Source of the DNA: Lama guanicoe
Lineage: Eukaryota
Reading direction: 5' to 3'
Assembly: GCA_013239625.1 (NCBI GenBank)
Contig: MU053754.1
Location: 1,407,966 to 1,471,965, forward strand
Length of the DNA: 64,000 nucleotides
The translations under genes and the position numbers were made by a program. This document shows, piece after piece, positions 1 through 12,399 of the stretch (its first letter is position 1; each line of letters opens with the position of its first letter). Under the pieces are notes generated by a model. The model did no database searches and was not told the DNA's origin. It saw only the letters and a program-made list of their open reading frames with translations.

Positions 1-49
1 AGGTTTCTCACAGCCTCAGGGTCTGTGTTTGGATGGGAACATGCTGTGA

Positions 50-380
50 TGAGAAAGCAGCTTAAACAGGAAGGGTTTATTTCTCTCACAAAACCAGACG
101 TCAGGAGGTGGGCAGCCAAGAGCTGGAGCATCCACTCACTGCGGCCTTCAGGGACCTGTGCTCTCTCGGTATCTGGCCCTCTGCCCTCAGCATTCAGCTC
201 TGTGTCTGAAGGCTGTGGCCTTCTGGTCACAATGGCTGATGCCCATCCAGGCATCCGTGCATGAGGAAGGGGGAAGGACGCTCCGTGAACTTGTTCTTTC
301 TAACAGCACAGTCCAGGCTTTCCAGGACCCCAGCTGGCAGACAGCCACTCTCATGGGCAGAACTATCATATCACAACCCG
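50..380 (-). mobile_element. Old MaLR LTR fragment (MLT1J/K/L-like)
   Basis: 'aagcagcttaaacagg...tttatttctctcacaa...ggaggtgggcagccaagagctgg...ggtcacaatggctgatgc' resembles recalled late MLT1 LTRs in reverse; highly diverged. Confidence 0.4.
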
Positions 381-414
381 ACTTTTGATTTTTTGATTCA
401 TAGTCAACTGATGG

Positions 415-545
415 GAAACCTAATCATGGTAGTGATGGCCCATCACATTCAAACGCCCTGCCCAGGGTCAAGGCAGGGCATTACACAAAGTAACCATATA
501 CCTAGGGGTGGGCATCTCGGGACCAGCTTACAATTCTGCTCACCA
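415..545 (-). mobile_element. MaLR LTR 5' fragment (MLT1E/F-like)
   Basis: 'aacctaatcatggtagtgatggcccatcacattc...cagcttacaattctgctcacca' matches the reverse complement of the MLT1E/F start; homologous to 2990-3110. Confidence 0.5.
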
Positions 546-917
546 AGTCTCCACTTTCTTCTAACCACCACAACATACAAAGAGGAAACACATAAGTTTG
601 GCTCCAAGCCCTTCAGTGTTCTAAGCAGAAATTTGAAGTCACAAGCAACGCATTACAGATCCCTCCAGATAACGTCACCCGGGTCCACAGGAATCAGCAG
701 AAGTGGGGCACTACGGCGGGTGAAGAAGCTCTGGCGGAGTCTGTTCCAGCCCTTCCCAGCAGCATTCCACAGAACACTGAATCCTACAGAGTCAGTTGTC
801 AGTTGTCACACTGATAAGAGAGAGAATAAAGGAAGAAAAGAAGGAAAGAAGGGGGATGAAGGAAGGACTGAAAATAAATTTTAAAAATCCTTCCTAAACA
901 GTAACATCTCCTCTCTC

Positions 918-1110
918 TATTTATTAAACACATGTTTAAAGACAAGCTATTGGGCCAAGAACTGGGTCAGGTGCTGGGGTTATGAGCTGGGCAAGTGAGA
1001 CCTACGACATGCCCTTGTGGAGGTGACTTTATAATGAGAAACATGCCCACCTCCCAGAAAAGTAAACCAGTAAATTAAATGCCTACAAATTGAAATATGC
1101 TCTATAAAAG
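918..1110 (-). mobile_element. L2 3' end fragment
   Basis: 'atttattaaacac...gtcaggtgctggggttatgagctgggcaagtgagac...tgcccttgtggaggtgactttataatgagaaac' is a typical reversed L2 tail. Confidence 0.45.
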
Positions 1111-2543
1111 AAACAATGTTCAGAAACTGCTACAAAAGAAAACTCGTTCATCTTTTCCCTTGACGTGCCATGTACTTGAGTTAACAGGCACCATGTCTCA
1201 GCCTTATCTGGAGGGATTTATGTTTTGCAGAAGGCAGCTTCTGATACTGCTCTATGCTACGTCAAACCTGGATTAAGATCACCAGTTACTAACTGTACGT
1301 GGGCAGCCCGAGACATTCAGCAAGGATCTTAAACCAAGCCATCTTTTCCTTCAGCAGCTGGTAACAAGTCTGCAAGTGTCTGAGCACACACCTTATCAGA
1401 CAAGGTTGACTTTTTAGCAGATACCAATGCGTCCCTGTGGGGGGAGCTCAGATGTATTTTTATGTCCCCCTGATAGGGAGTTCTGTCTCGCTAAACTTCA
1501 CTTCTGAGCAATGGCCGTCTACTCACCATCATCCATGCACGAGTCCAGACAGGTCTATTTTATTTTCTGTTCTTCCCTCTTAAATCAAGTACTCCTTCCT
1601 GGGTATGGAAACGACATTCTTAGGAGCAAGAACCCGACTTCTGTTCTCCTCTAGCATGGAGACAATTGCACGGGCAGCACGCAGATCTCACACCCATCAT
1701 AGTGAGAAAGTGAGCGTCACACAAGCACATGTGACACACATCTTGATGTGTGACATTTCCCCGGCAGAAGGCCCGTTCACCTTCAGTATCCAAACTTCAA
1801 GGAATGTCCTCATTTACCAAGGCTACATTTTCATTACATTTCAGGCTCCCTGTTGGCATTTTCACACAGATCTTTGATTTTGCAAGAGCAGAACACTGGT
1901 GCTCAGTGGCAGGCTACTCCAAGTGTCTCAGCCCCACTTAACCCACAGGTGAAGGGTCCCACAGCCCTTGTGAGTACCCTCGGAAGATGCACCTGGAGAA
2001 GCTCTCTGCCCACCGCCTGACTCTGTGCAGTGCGTGGGTGTGCTGGGAGGCGGCACACGCTCAGAGCACTCTACCCAGGTGGGCGCTTCTCTTCCGAGCA
2101 TCCTCTGCTCCTCTGCTAACCTTTAGCAGCTACTAAAAAACCGCAGCAAATAGAAAAACTCCAGGGAACACTGTAGAAGCTAATGTAGGGAGGAAAGACA
2201 GGCATGCAGGCAGCCTTTAGGGAGCCTTCCAACAGTCGTACAGCAAACAGTCTTAATGAACAGAGAGGGGACACCCCCGCAGCGGCTGCGGAGATAACTC
2301 TTTAACCAGTTCCGATTTTAAAGGAACGTGAAGAAAAGCTGGGAGGAGGAGTGTGGGGGTTGAACCGAGGAGAGGAAAGCCCCAAGGAGCTAAGGCTTAT
2401 CAAGTGAACCCAAGGCAACCTCGGAAGCTTTGCTAAGTGTGGGCAGAGGAGAATCACGACCAGTATGAACAGATGCCTCGCGTGGTGAGACGCTGAGAGG
2501 AAGCAAGGAAGTGTTTGGTATTCGCAAGAACATTTCTAAGCTG

Positions 2544-3112
2544 GTATGTGAGTTATCTATTGCTCTGTGACAAACTGCCACAAACTTGGTGTCTTAGAAC
2601 CACATGCCTTTATGAGCTCAGTTTCAGTGTGTTGGGAGTTCAGGCACAGCTTAATGGGGTCCAGTGCCCAGACTTCCTCAAGGCTTTTTCATCAAGGAGT
2701 CAATGGTGTGGTTGTGTGGAGCCAGAGGCCCTCTTCCAAGCTCATGTGATTGTTGCCAGAATTTAGTTCCTGGGAACTGTAGGACTGAGGTACCCATTTT
2801 CTCACTGGCTGTCAGGCAGGAGTGGGGGTCACTGTTGGCTCCTAGACTCTGTCTGCAGGCACTAGTCACTCAACCCTCTCATAACCGGAAGCTATCTCTT
2901 CACTGGTGGCAGGAGTATTGCCCTTTGGTCTGCTCCAATGGAGTCTTACAGAACATAAGCATGGGGTGACATCCCTCACCTATGCCCTGTGAGGTACCCC
3001 AATCAAGGGAATGGCATTCCTCACATTCACAGGTCCCACCCACACCCAAAGAGAGGGGAGCATACAGGGCTTATACTACAGGCTATGGCAATCTCAGGAT
3101 TCCGCCTAGAAC
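2544..3112 (-). mobile_element. Solo MaLR LTR (MLT1E/F-like)
   Basis: Begins 'gttatctattgctctgtgacaaactgccacaaacttggtgtcttagaacc' and ends 'cattcacaggtcccacccacacccaaagagagggga...atctcaggattccgcctagaaca'; both MLT1 termini recognisable. Confidence 0.7.
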
Positions 3113-3277
3113 AGCTAGAAAGGAAGATACAACATTGTTACAGTGGCACCAAAACCAAGGATAGTAAGAGAAACAATCTAATGTAAACTTAGCTCAATAT
3201 TCTAGACTCAGGTGAATATTCTAGGTCCATTAGTCTTTACTGAGAGAGTGTACCAACGAACTATAAAGAACCACTCT

Positions 3278-4053
3278 GCTGAATGTAAACTGATGCAGCC
3301 ACTATGGAAAACAGTACGGAGGTTCCTTAAAGAGCCAAAAATAGAGCTACTATATGATCCAGCAATCCCACTCTGGGGCATATATACAGAGAAAATCATA
3401 GTTCAAAAAGATACATGCACCCCAATATTCAGAGCAGCACTATTTACAATAGCCAAGACATGGAAGCAACTTAAATATCCATTCACAGATATTGGATAAA
3501 GAAAATGTCATATATATATGTACATACACACACACATATGTATACATGTATGTGTGTGGTGTGTGTGTGTACATATATATACATATACAGTGGAATGCTA
3601 CTCAAGGATAAAAAATAATAAAATGCCATTTGCAGCAACATGGATGGACCTAGAGATTGTCATACTAAGTGAAGAGAGTAAGAGAGAAAGACAAATACCA
3701 CATGGTATCACTTATACATAGAATCTAAAATATGACAGAAATGAACCTATTTATAAAATATAAGCAGACTCACAGACATAGGAAACAGACTTATGGTTAC
3801 CAAAGGGAAAGGAGGTGGGGAGGGATAAATCAGGAGTTTGGGATTAGCAGATACAAACTGCTACATATAAAACAGATAAACAAGAAGATCCTACTGTATA
3901 GCAGAGGGAACTATATTCAATATCCTGTAATAAACCATAATGGAAAAGAAGATGAAAAAAGAAATATATATATATATATATAACTGAATCACTTTGATGT
4001 ACACCAGAAACTAATGCAGCATATACTTCAGCTATACTTCAATAATTAAAAAT
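3278..4053 (+). mobile_element. 5'-truncated L1 (ORF2 C-terminus + 3' UTR), cetartiodactyl type
   Basis: ORF 3212-3499 encodes [16 protein letters not shown]...[11 protein letters not shown]...DTCTPIFRAALFTIAKTWKQ (L1 ORF2 C-terminus); 3' UTR ends 'ctatacttcaataattaaaaa'; 'agaacca' on both flanks may be a TSD remnant. Confidence 0.93.
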
Positions 4054-5424
4054 AGAACCATCCCGTGTAATCCTGGAGTATAGGCAAGTTTCCAAAAGTC
4101 TAGAGTTGCCCAACTCTAAAAAAGGAAAGCAAGTAGACTTAAAACCAGAGACACGTGAGTTAATTATTAAGTTCCCCCCCAAATCTAAAGTACATTAGAC
4201 AGACTTTGTAAGCATCTAGAAAATGTTGTAGGGATTACCAGTAGTTAGCATTGGTTCAATGAAACCATTCCCTTCAGTCCAACCCATTCCTTTGACAGAT
4301 GTTTGGAGAAAATGCTAAAATTATGATCCTCTTTGTCTGTAAACTAGTTCACAGAGGTACTCCTTATGAGGAAAAGGAAGAAATATTATCTGAAGTAACC
4401 TGCTCAGCAGTTCTATTTTCTTAACTGCTGTACCCAAAAGCAGGTCAACCAAAGTGAGATGGATGTTCGTCTGAAAAGTGACATTGGGCAGTTAGACAGA
4501 GCACTCAGCCCTGGCCTGCTCAATGTTACAGCTAATAGTTTGAAATGTTTGTGGATTGGCTACTTTGGAAACACCGGTGCATGAAGTAAGTCACAGACTG
4601 AAGATTCAACATCTTCCCTATATGCCTAACCAATGGGCAACAGTTGATAAAATTGAGCATCAGTATAGTATCAGATGCTGACTTGAGTATGGTTGATCTT
4701 TAACCCCATAATATTTCACAGAGCAATGTAAGCTCCTCCACAAGGGCTCAAAACCCCACCTGGAAAAATGCAGCAAGAGAAATCCCTGGCTTCACATCCT
4801 CCTGGTGACAGACTCCATCAGTTCTAGCTGTCTCAACGCCCAGGATTAACCAAAGCCAGAAAGTTGCAGAGAGTTACAACAGCCCTTTTTTAACCCCTCT
4901 AAGACCATCCTGTGTATCACCTGAGCCCTGCAATGTTGACAGAAAGCAAAGAGGGGGAAAGTGTTTCCTGGTCAAATATGTGTGGGAAAGACACAGCCCA
5001 GTGAAGTGGAGCAAGTTTCTTCACTCTGGGCCTCCAATATGTCAGTGTGTATTGGGAACATCAAAGAGTGGACGGTCGCTTCACAGAGACACTCATGCAA
5101 CCAGATTCTGGAAAGTCTCGGGGGAAAACTAAATCACCCCAGCCTCAAGCTGTCCTAAATAATGTGCAGTGTCTATATTTAAAAAGCTAACAATCAAAAA
5201 GTGGTCTTCCCTGGACTAGTGTTCTGGACCACTGAATTCATTTCTGGGGGCCTGCAAGTTCAGAATTACTCCGGCCAACGGAGCACACCCAGAAAGGAGA
5301 AGTGAGATGAGGTGGGAGAGAACCGCAGAAGAATCTTGCCCCTTCCTGTGTCCTGCCCCATCTGCTTTCAAGCTGCCTTGCTCACAGGACACTCCTATGA
5401 GCACAGAGGATCCTTTCATCCTTG

Positions 5425-5962
5425 TAGTGAGACCTCATGACTCATTTTTAAGGAACGGATTATGGCAACAGTGATGGGATGTCAGTTTCATCAAAGAAAT
5501 CCCATCCTTTTTAGCCATTATCCCTCACCTCCCCCAGCCTTTCAGCCCATAGTCTACTTTTGGTCTCTATATATTAGTCACAGACTTTTATAACCTAGTT
5601 TCAGAAGTGACATCACCATCTGCTCACTCTGGTGAAGCAAGCTGTTGGGTGCTGGGCTGCCCTGGGGAGAAGCCCGCATCATGAGGAACTGGAAGTCACC
5701 TCCAACAGCAGCCAGCAAGTTACTGAGGCCCTCAATTCTGTAAGCCTGAAAGAAAATGAATCCTTCAACAGCCACGTGACAGAGCCGGGAGCTGACCCTT
5801 CTGCAGCCAAGCGTGGAGATGACAAGGCACGCTCATCACCTGTGAAAGAGCCTGAAACAGAGGACCAGTAAAGTCACGACCAGCTTTCTGACAAACAGAA
5901 ACCTGACACAAAGCCCCTACATTCAAGGGAAGTTTGTTACACAGCAGTGGATAACAGAAGCA
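5425..5962 (+). mobile_element. MaLR LTR (MLT1F/G-like), apparently interrupted by an ~80-bp reversed L1M fragment at ~5492-5572
   Basis: 'gaggaactggaagtcacctccaacagcagccagcaag...gaatccttcaacagccacgtga...tttgttacacagcagtggataacagaagca' are MLT1 hallmarks. Confidence 0.65.
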
Positions 5963-8519
5963 CTTTGAAAGAGCCCCTGTGTCCTCTACTTTCTGCTCTT
6001 TACCAGATTCCTCTCCAGCTTCCAGAGAAGAGCCTTGGAGAAACTTCACATTGGATTATTCAGACCCTCCCTGTACCCAGCTCTTGTCTCTCACCACTTT
6101 CCTCACCTGTAATGCCCCTCCCCTGTCTTCAACAGCCCTGTGATGTTTCTACCTTTTTCAAGCCCCTGAAATTTCTATAAAGCACAAAGCCCATCTTTCA
6201 GCCACACCCTATCTCTGCCCCAAAGTGATTCTTCCTGACTGGAAACTTCAGGGGCACAAGAGGACTCACTGGGCATCAGTATCTTCTATCATTTATGCAT
6301 AACTGACCTATCAGAAAGATTTCTTTTGAATCACTTTTCAGGAAAAAAAAAGATGTTTATTTACCATCCATATTCATATTTCAGTTAAAATGTTTTACAG
6401 ATTTGCATTTATTTTATTCATCCGTTGCTTTCTCCAAATTGATTTGCCCTTCTTCAGCATACATTTTCTTAGGTAGGTGAGGAATTTCCATTTTTGCCCT
6501 TTTTGGAGTTTTATTCCATTGCATTGTATTTTCTCACATGTTTAAGCTGAACCTTACCCAGATGACATTAATTTAGATTCCCAGTTACCTGCTGTGTTGT
6601 AATACTGCATTTCCTCTCAGTTATTCACCCCAATATGTACATTCTTAGGTCCCCAAACACCATGTGGGTTCAGCCACTGTAGCTACTTCATCAGCCATCT
6701 TTTGACCTTCAAGTATGCCTGGCCCAGTACCTTTAATCTGATTTTCACTAGATTTACTACCTTTCTTGACCTGAGAAAGTTATTACAGTTTTTAAAGTCC
6801 TGAACTTATTACCAGACATTTGGTAGCAAAGGAAAATTGGTTCCACTTTTCAGAGGCTCTAACTCACATGAACTTCATTTCATCCAAGGTTCCTCTTTAT
6901 CATCCTTGGCAGAAATAAAATTTATGTGAAAATGTTCTTATAGATAAATAAAGGCTGCTATAATAGAAAATGAATGGTGATAGACTACACTAAGAAGTTA
7001 ATCACAGGAGGAAAACATCAAGAAATCTTCCCTAGGCTAACATATTTGAACGCTGGCCAAGGTCATGGTTAACTAGTTTTGATTTCTCTGCCCGTTGTTC
7101 AAGGGAAATGGTTTAAATTCCACTCCCATCTACCCACATGCTCAAGCGGTCTACAATCTGACTGATGCTCTATAAGCTCAGATACATTGTAAAAGAGCTT
7201 ATCTGATGTAGCCGTAACACAGAGTACAGTTTTAGAAAGCAGTTAATCAAATTTAAGAAAGCCTAATTTCAAAGACGGTTATATTCACTTATTTTTCATA
7301 GTTGATGTTCTCAAGGGCTTTTTGGCTTATAAAACCATCCCCGCAATTACATACAGATTTAGCTAGGTAGACAGATAGAGATATATACATAGATATATAA
7401 TATATACCGTTTTTGTTCATATCTAGTGTTTGCTTGTAAAATAGAAAATCTGAAGAACAAATTGGCTTTTTCTACCCACACGCACACACATGCACATACA
7501 CACACTCAAGTACTGAGTTTTCCCTCAGAAAATCTTCTCAGGGTTGAGAACACAGCCTCTCCTGACTCATCAGCTTGTGCGTCACACTCTCAGTGACCCT
7601 AAACCAAGGGCGTCACGGTAGGGAACGACCCTTCCACAAAGACAAGACTTGTGGGCGCTGAGAAGCTGCACGACACTCAACGACCGCAGAAAATCCGTGC
7701 AGGACTTTGTGCTGTTTTCTTTCCCACGTCGCTTCCTTTGGCGCAGATGTCAAATCACACCAGAAAAGTAAAGAAAAAGAATTCAAGGTTCTCCTGACAG
7801 CCAACCTCTCCCCCGACCAGGGTGAAGCAAGCAAAGTCACTGTTAATGACCTGGGCATTCTAGGAAGGCTGTATCCCTCCTGTGGAAATTCACAAGACCA
7901 GCCTGGTCACCTCTGTGGCCCTCCTGCCCCTCCATTCATCCAAAGCTCAGCACCGGCAAATCCCACATTCCCCTGACAGAGGCCACAAATGCCATTCTCT
8001 AAGACCGGCTGCAAGCAGGAACAGGAAGGGAATGGAGAACTTGTTAAACCTCGAGTTCTCCTGGTTCATATTTTTAGGTTTTAGTGTACAGACATCACCT
8101 ACTCCAGTAAAGTGGTACTGGGGGAAACAAGGTCTCCGTGGGACTCAGATTCTGAGAAGCAGAGCAGAAGGAATGTGGCCATTCTCCCCAAGCGAAGACC
8201 CAGTAGGTCAACAACAACAACAAAAAAATCTTCACCCTAGTTAAACTCTACAAGCTTTTATTTTTATAAGTTCAAGTTCCCGCTCGACTTCCAAAGACAC
8301 TGTATAAAGCAGACTGAGGAATGCACCAGAGATGATAAACTTATTTTTTATGCAAATTCCTCCTTTTCTTGTTCTCATCCTTAAACTGCCATTCTGCCCT
8401 ACCATTCCCTAATGTCTTTTCTTATTAAAGAAATACACTCAATTAATACTAGACATTTTCTTCTGAGAAGTTTAATCTTGCTCAATGTGCGCACTGACAC
8501 ACCCTAACAAAGAAGAGCA

Positions 8520-8690
8520 GTTTAACAGCCCTGCTCTACTGCTTACTAGCTGTGTGATCCTGGGCAAGCAACACAGCCTCTCTGGTCTTCTGCTCCCCTG
8601 AAAGGGGCACAGCAGTGTCTATTTTCTTATGGGGATTCAAGGATGTAAAACACGTAAACCACTTGCAACAGTGCCTGACAGTGGAGAGGC
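8520..8690 (+). mobile_element. MIR SINE
   Basis: Core 'ctgcttactagctgtgtgatcctgggcaag...ctctct' and tail 'gtaaaccacttgcaacagtgcctgaca'. Confidence 0.75.
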
Positions 8691-9331
8691 TACAACAGGC
8701 TGGGGCTTGGTGTTTTTGGACACCTACTCTGATCACCCACATCACCTCTTTACCGGAGCTGCCAAAGCCCCCAGCATCTATCTGTCTCTCTTTCACCCGG
8801 GGTTCTGAGGCCACACCTCCCTGGATTCCTTCTTACCTTCATAAACAGTTCTCCTCCACCACGATAACTAGTTCTACTCCTCTGCTCCACGTCAAAGGCA
8901 GGTGACATCATTTAAAGGCATCATGATGTCATGTAGCACAAACCAGACTGAAGGGGCCAGGGGGCGGGGGGAGTTCTAGTCAGGGACAGAGATGGCACTT
9001 GAAGGGGTAACTGTGGAGGGTGTAATGGATGAGGGGAGCCTGTGCAGAGGTGTGAGCAGGCCTCAGGGAACCGCCGGAGGGGAAGCTCTCAGGGACTCAC
9101 AGGAGCCTTTGTGCAGCTCGCCCAGTGTCACCAGGTCGCCTCTTCCCTCCCGAAATGTCAGCAGCCTCCTCCCTGTCCACTGAGGGCAGAGGGTCTGAAG
9201 CTGTGCTCATGTGTAAACCAAGTCCTGTGGTTGTGACATGCTGGGAATTAGGTGGCGACAGTCCCCTGCCTCCAGCTGCAATCTTGTGAAGACGTTGCAC
9301 ACAAAGTGCTGGCAAGGATGGGAGAAGTGGC

Positions 9332-9920
9332 TTTTTTTCTAATAGATTATTTTAGAGCAGTTTTAGATTAAGAGAAAAATTTCAGAAAGCAAAGAGAATT
9401 TCCCTGGACTAAATCAATTCCACAATTAACATCCTGCATTAGCGTGGTACTCTTGTTACAACTGTTGAAACAAATAATAATACATTATTGCTAAATGAAT
9501 TTCATAGTTTGCATTAGAGTTCATTCTTTGTGCTGTACATTTTATGAGTTTTGACAAATGTATAATGTCACGAATCTACCATCACAGTATTGTACAGACT
9601 AGTGTCACTGCCCTGAAAAGCCCTTGTCTCCACCGATTCAACCTGCCCTCCCCTCAAGTCCCTGGCAACCACTGATCTTTTAATGTCTCTATAGTTCTGC
9701 CTTCTCCAGGATGTCACAGAGCTGGGGTCATACAGTCTTTTCAGATGGGCTTCTTTCATTTAGCAACATGCACATAAGCTGCCTCCATGTATGTTCGCAG
9801 CTTCATGGCTCATGTCTGTATGTTGCTCAGTAATACTCCTCCATGTGGATCAACCAGTTTTATTTATCTGCTCACCTACTGAAGGGCAACAGGTTGCTGT
9901 GAATTTGTGGCAATTATGAG
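9332..9920 (-). mobile_element. L1MC1/2-like 3' end
   Basis: 'ttttagagcagttttagatt...ttaacatcctgcattagcgtggtac...gttttgacaaatgtataatg...ccctggcaaccactgatctttt' match the L1MC 3' UTR in reverse. Confidence 0.8.
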
Positions 9921-9957
9921 CAACGGACTTTCCATACAGCATTGGCAGGAAGACCAC

Positions 9958-10970
9958 ATGCTACAACTGCCTTGGAGGAAAGCTGGCGACATCTAATGGA
10001 GGTGTGCACACACAGAGCTCGGAACGTCCACTCCTGGGTGGACATCACAGACTCTTGCGAGGAAGCACACACCAAATATGCTCGTTAAATGCTCTCCGTA
10101 ACAAAGAAAACTGCAGACAAAGTAAAACTGTGTCAGTAAGAAACTGGAATGGGGGACAAATGTCTGGGAGTCTCCTTCAAATTTCTGCATGCCCTGCCAG
10201 TAGACACCCTGATGGCTTCTGTTCTGGTCTGTCTTCTCCAGGCTGTCCGTACCGTGAACAGTCTCAGAAGACAGAGGTCGTGTCTCCCTCTGGAACAACA
10301 TTTCGGCAGAATTCTTCCTGTCCATGCTAAAAGATTTGGGTTTCCTAAGGCCCGGGCCCCTCAGCTGTGACACAGACCCACTGCACGTGCAGCATCCACT
10401 CAGATCCCTCTGGGTCGCCCCCAAGGAGCTCAAGCGGTGAGGAGAGCTGGTGCAGACGCAAAGCTCGTGGTGCCTGTAAAGCCTCTGTCTCTGACCCGGG
10501 AGTCTCGTGTTCCCATCAGCACCTGTGAACCTGAGGCAGCTAAACTGTTAGCATGAAAGTAGGGTCAACCTTCAGACCTTCCTCAGTTTCTACCAAGTAG
10601 GATAAATAAAATTTTCAAGTACTTATGCAATAGCATGCTGTGTGATAGTATAAATAAGTTAAAATGACAGGTGTCCATGTGGATAGACCTCAATCTATTT
10701 TTAGATGAGCATAAGTAAATCACAAAAATATCTCTAGCATTTCTGTAAAATAGATACTGTTTTGGTTTACACATATAAGGTGTCACACACTTGGGAATTC
10801 ATACATAATCCTTAGGGTAACTCAGGGGAAGCAAGATGGGGAATTGAACCAGAAAGGTTTTTAATCTTATGCAAATATGTCAGAATGTTGACATTTGTTC
10901 ATTCTTTCAGCTGGGTATAGGGGTTTACTATACAGTTCCACAGTACCTGCAATTCTGAAAAGTCTGTTCT
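9958..10970 (+). mobile_element. Ancient L1ME-like 3' region, split by the LTR at ~10150-10585
   Basis: 'ctacaactgccttggaggaaagctggc...ccactcctgggt' before the LTR; 'ggataaataaa...ccatgtggatagacctca...atatgtcagaatgttgacatttgtt' after it. Confidence 0.5.
10150..10585 (+). mobile_element. ERVL-class LTR (MER76-like; 5' boundary uncertain)
   Basis: 3' end 'taaagcctctgtctctgacccgggagtctcgtgttccc...gcagctaaactgttagcatgaaagtagggtcaaccttcagaccttcctca' resembles the recalled MER76 terminus. Confidence 0.5.
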
Positions 10971-11362
10971 TAATTTTCGCACCAAAACTTACATGGCGGA
11001 AAAAAAAAATAAAACTTACATGGTGGCAAAAACCTAAAATGAAATGAGGGAAGCTATGATAGTCTTTATTGGCTGTGTTGGTGTGAGTATTTGTACACTT
11101 CATTGCAGAGCCCTGAATGTGTTTAGTACTGGTGTGCTTCCCCAGGCCCTGCTGCTGGTGTGGGATTCCCAATGGCTTATGCCCGTATTTCACCTTTCTA
11201 AAATCTGAGTTCTAAAAGCCCCTAGCCTCCGGGGTTTGGGGGCTTTAGTCTTGAAATGGTCTCTTGCAATTTTACATGTGTATTTATTTCATAATTTAAA
11301 AATATTAAAATGAGGGGGGGGCAAATGCTCTAGCACTTTTTAACATGTAAAACTGAATGTGC

Positions 11363-11715
11363 GGGGGGAAGGGTATATAGCACAGTGGTAGAGTATGTGC
11401 TTAGCACACATGAGGTTTTGGGTTCAATCCCCAGTACCTCCATTTAAAAAAAAAGCAAAAACAATATTAACTATTACATATACAACAGATAAAAAAAGCA
11501 GATTTGTTCTGTATAGCACAAGGAACTATATTCCATATCTTGTAGTAACCTATAATGAAAAAGAATATGAAAACAAATATATGTATGTGTATGTATGACA
11601 GAAACATTATGCTGTACACCAGAAACTGACACATCATAACTGACTATACTTCAATTAAATAAATAAACAAACAAACCTAATTACCCACCTCCCTCAAAAA
11701 AGAACATAAAAAAAA
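11363..11715 (+). mobile_element. tRNA-Ala-derived camelid SINE (Vic-1-like), interrupted by an L1 3' fragment
   Basis: Head 'gggaagggtatatagcacagtggtagagtatgtgcttagcacacatgaggttttgggttcaatccccagtacctcc' has A and B boxes; SINE tail 'aaacaaacctaattacccacctccc' resumes at ~11665; compare the intact copy at 36547-36714. Confidence 0.85.
11470..11655 (+). mobile_element. Young L1 3' end fragment nested inside the SINE
   Basis: 'tgtatagcacaaggaactatattccatatcttgtagtaacctataatgaaaaagaatatg...actgactatacttcaatt' is homologous to L1 ends at 3895-4045 and 47919-48110. Confidence 0.88.
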
Positions 11716-12399
11716 TTTTTTTGATTTTCCACAGAACACAGCACAAGCCTATGGGTGGGTCCCTCAGTAGGACCACATCAGCCTAGTGTCCACTCCTAAT
11801 CTCACAGTGACAGGGAGAATCTGTCCCTTATACACAGCATGGAGAGGACCATTCTGGAAATACTAACACCTGGTTTTTATAATTACTAGAGCACGTACTA
11901 GAAAACAAAGATATCAATTATTCTTAAACGCAGCAAGATAGGGTCATACAAGGCTTTTCCTGTAACCGTGAAAGAACTAATACTTATTGTTGGCTGCAGT
12001 GTTGCCCTTAAGATTCCTGCTTGATTATTAAAATCATGCCTGATCCGAGAGCCTCAGCTCCCCGGGTGGCCCATACACTTGAGCCCTTGTGTCCTGGGAC
12101 AGGATGCTTCTTATGCCCAATTTCAGATGCTCTTGGCCTTGCCAATCTCCCAGGCCAGCCACAGCTGCAACAGCCAGCTCTGCACAGGCTCTGACCAGCT
12201 CCATGCAGCTCCTCTCTGCCCTCCCTCTGCCCCACGTGGCATCGTCCCCCCAACTCCACCACCTGCCGTCTCTCTAAGGGCTTCTCTGTTGAGGCCGAGG
12301 TACGAGACAGTTTGGGAATCAGCTCACAGCCCGCACAGCGTGACCCAGAGATGCAGGAAAGCGTGACCCAGAGGTGCAGGAAAGAGGTCGCCCTATGAG

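Noticed and set aside
261..884. Longest ORF (207 aa)
   Set aside because: Overlaps MLT1 LTR fragments and a purine-rich tract; no recognisable domain; most likely a chance ORF.
9993..10433. 146-aa minus-strand ORF
   Set aside because: Spans an LTR and an L1ME relic; no protein family resemblance.
11366..11442. tRNA-Ala-like gene (also 36638-36714 on the minus strand)
   Set aside because: Stems are mismatched and the sequence continues into a SINE tail, with poly(A) and a TSD in the second copy; these are SINE heads, not tRNA genes.
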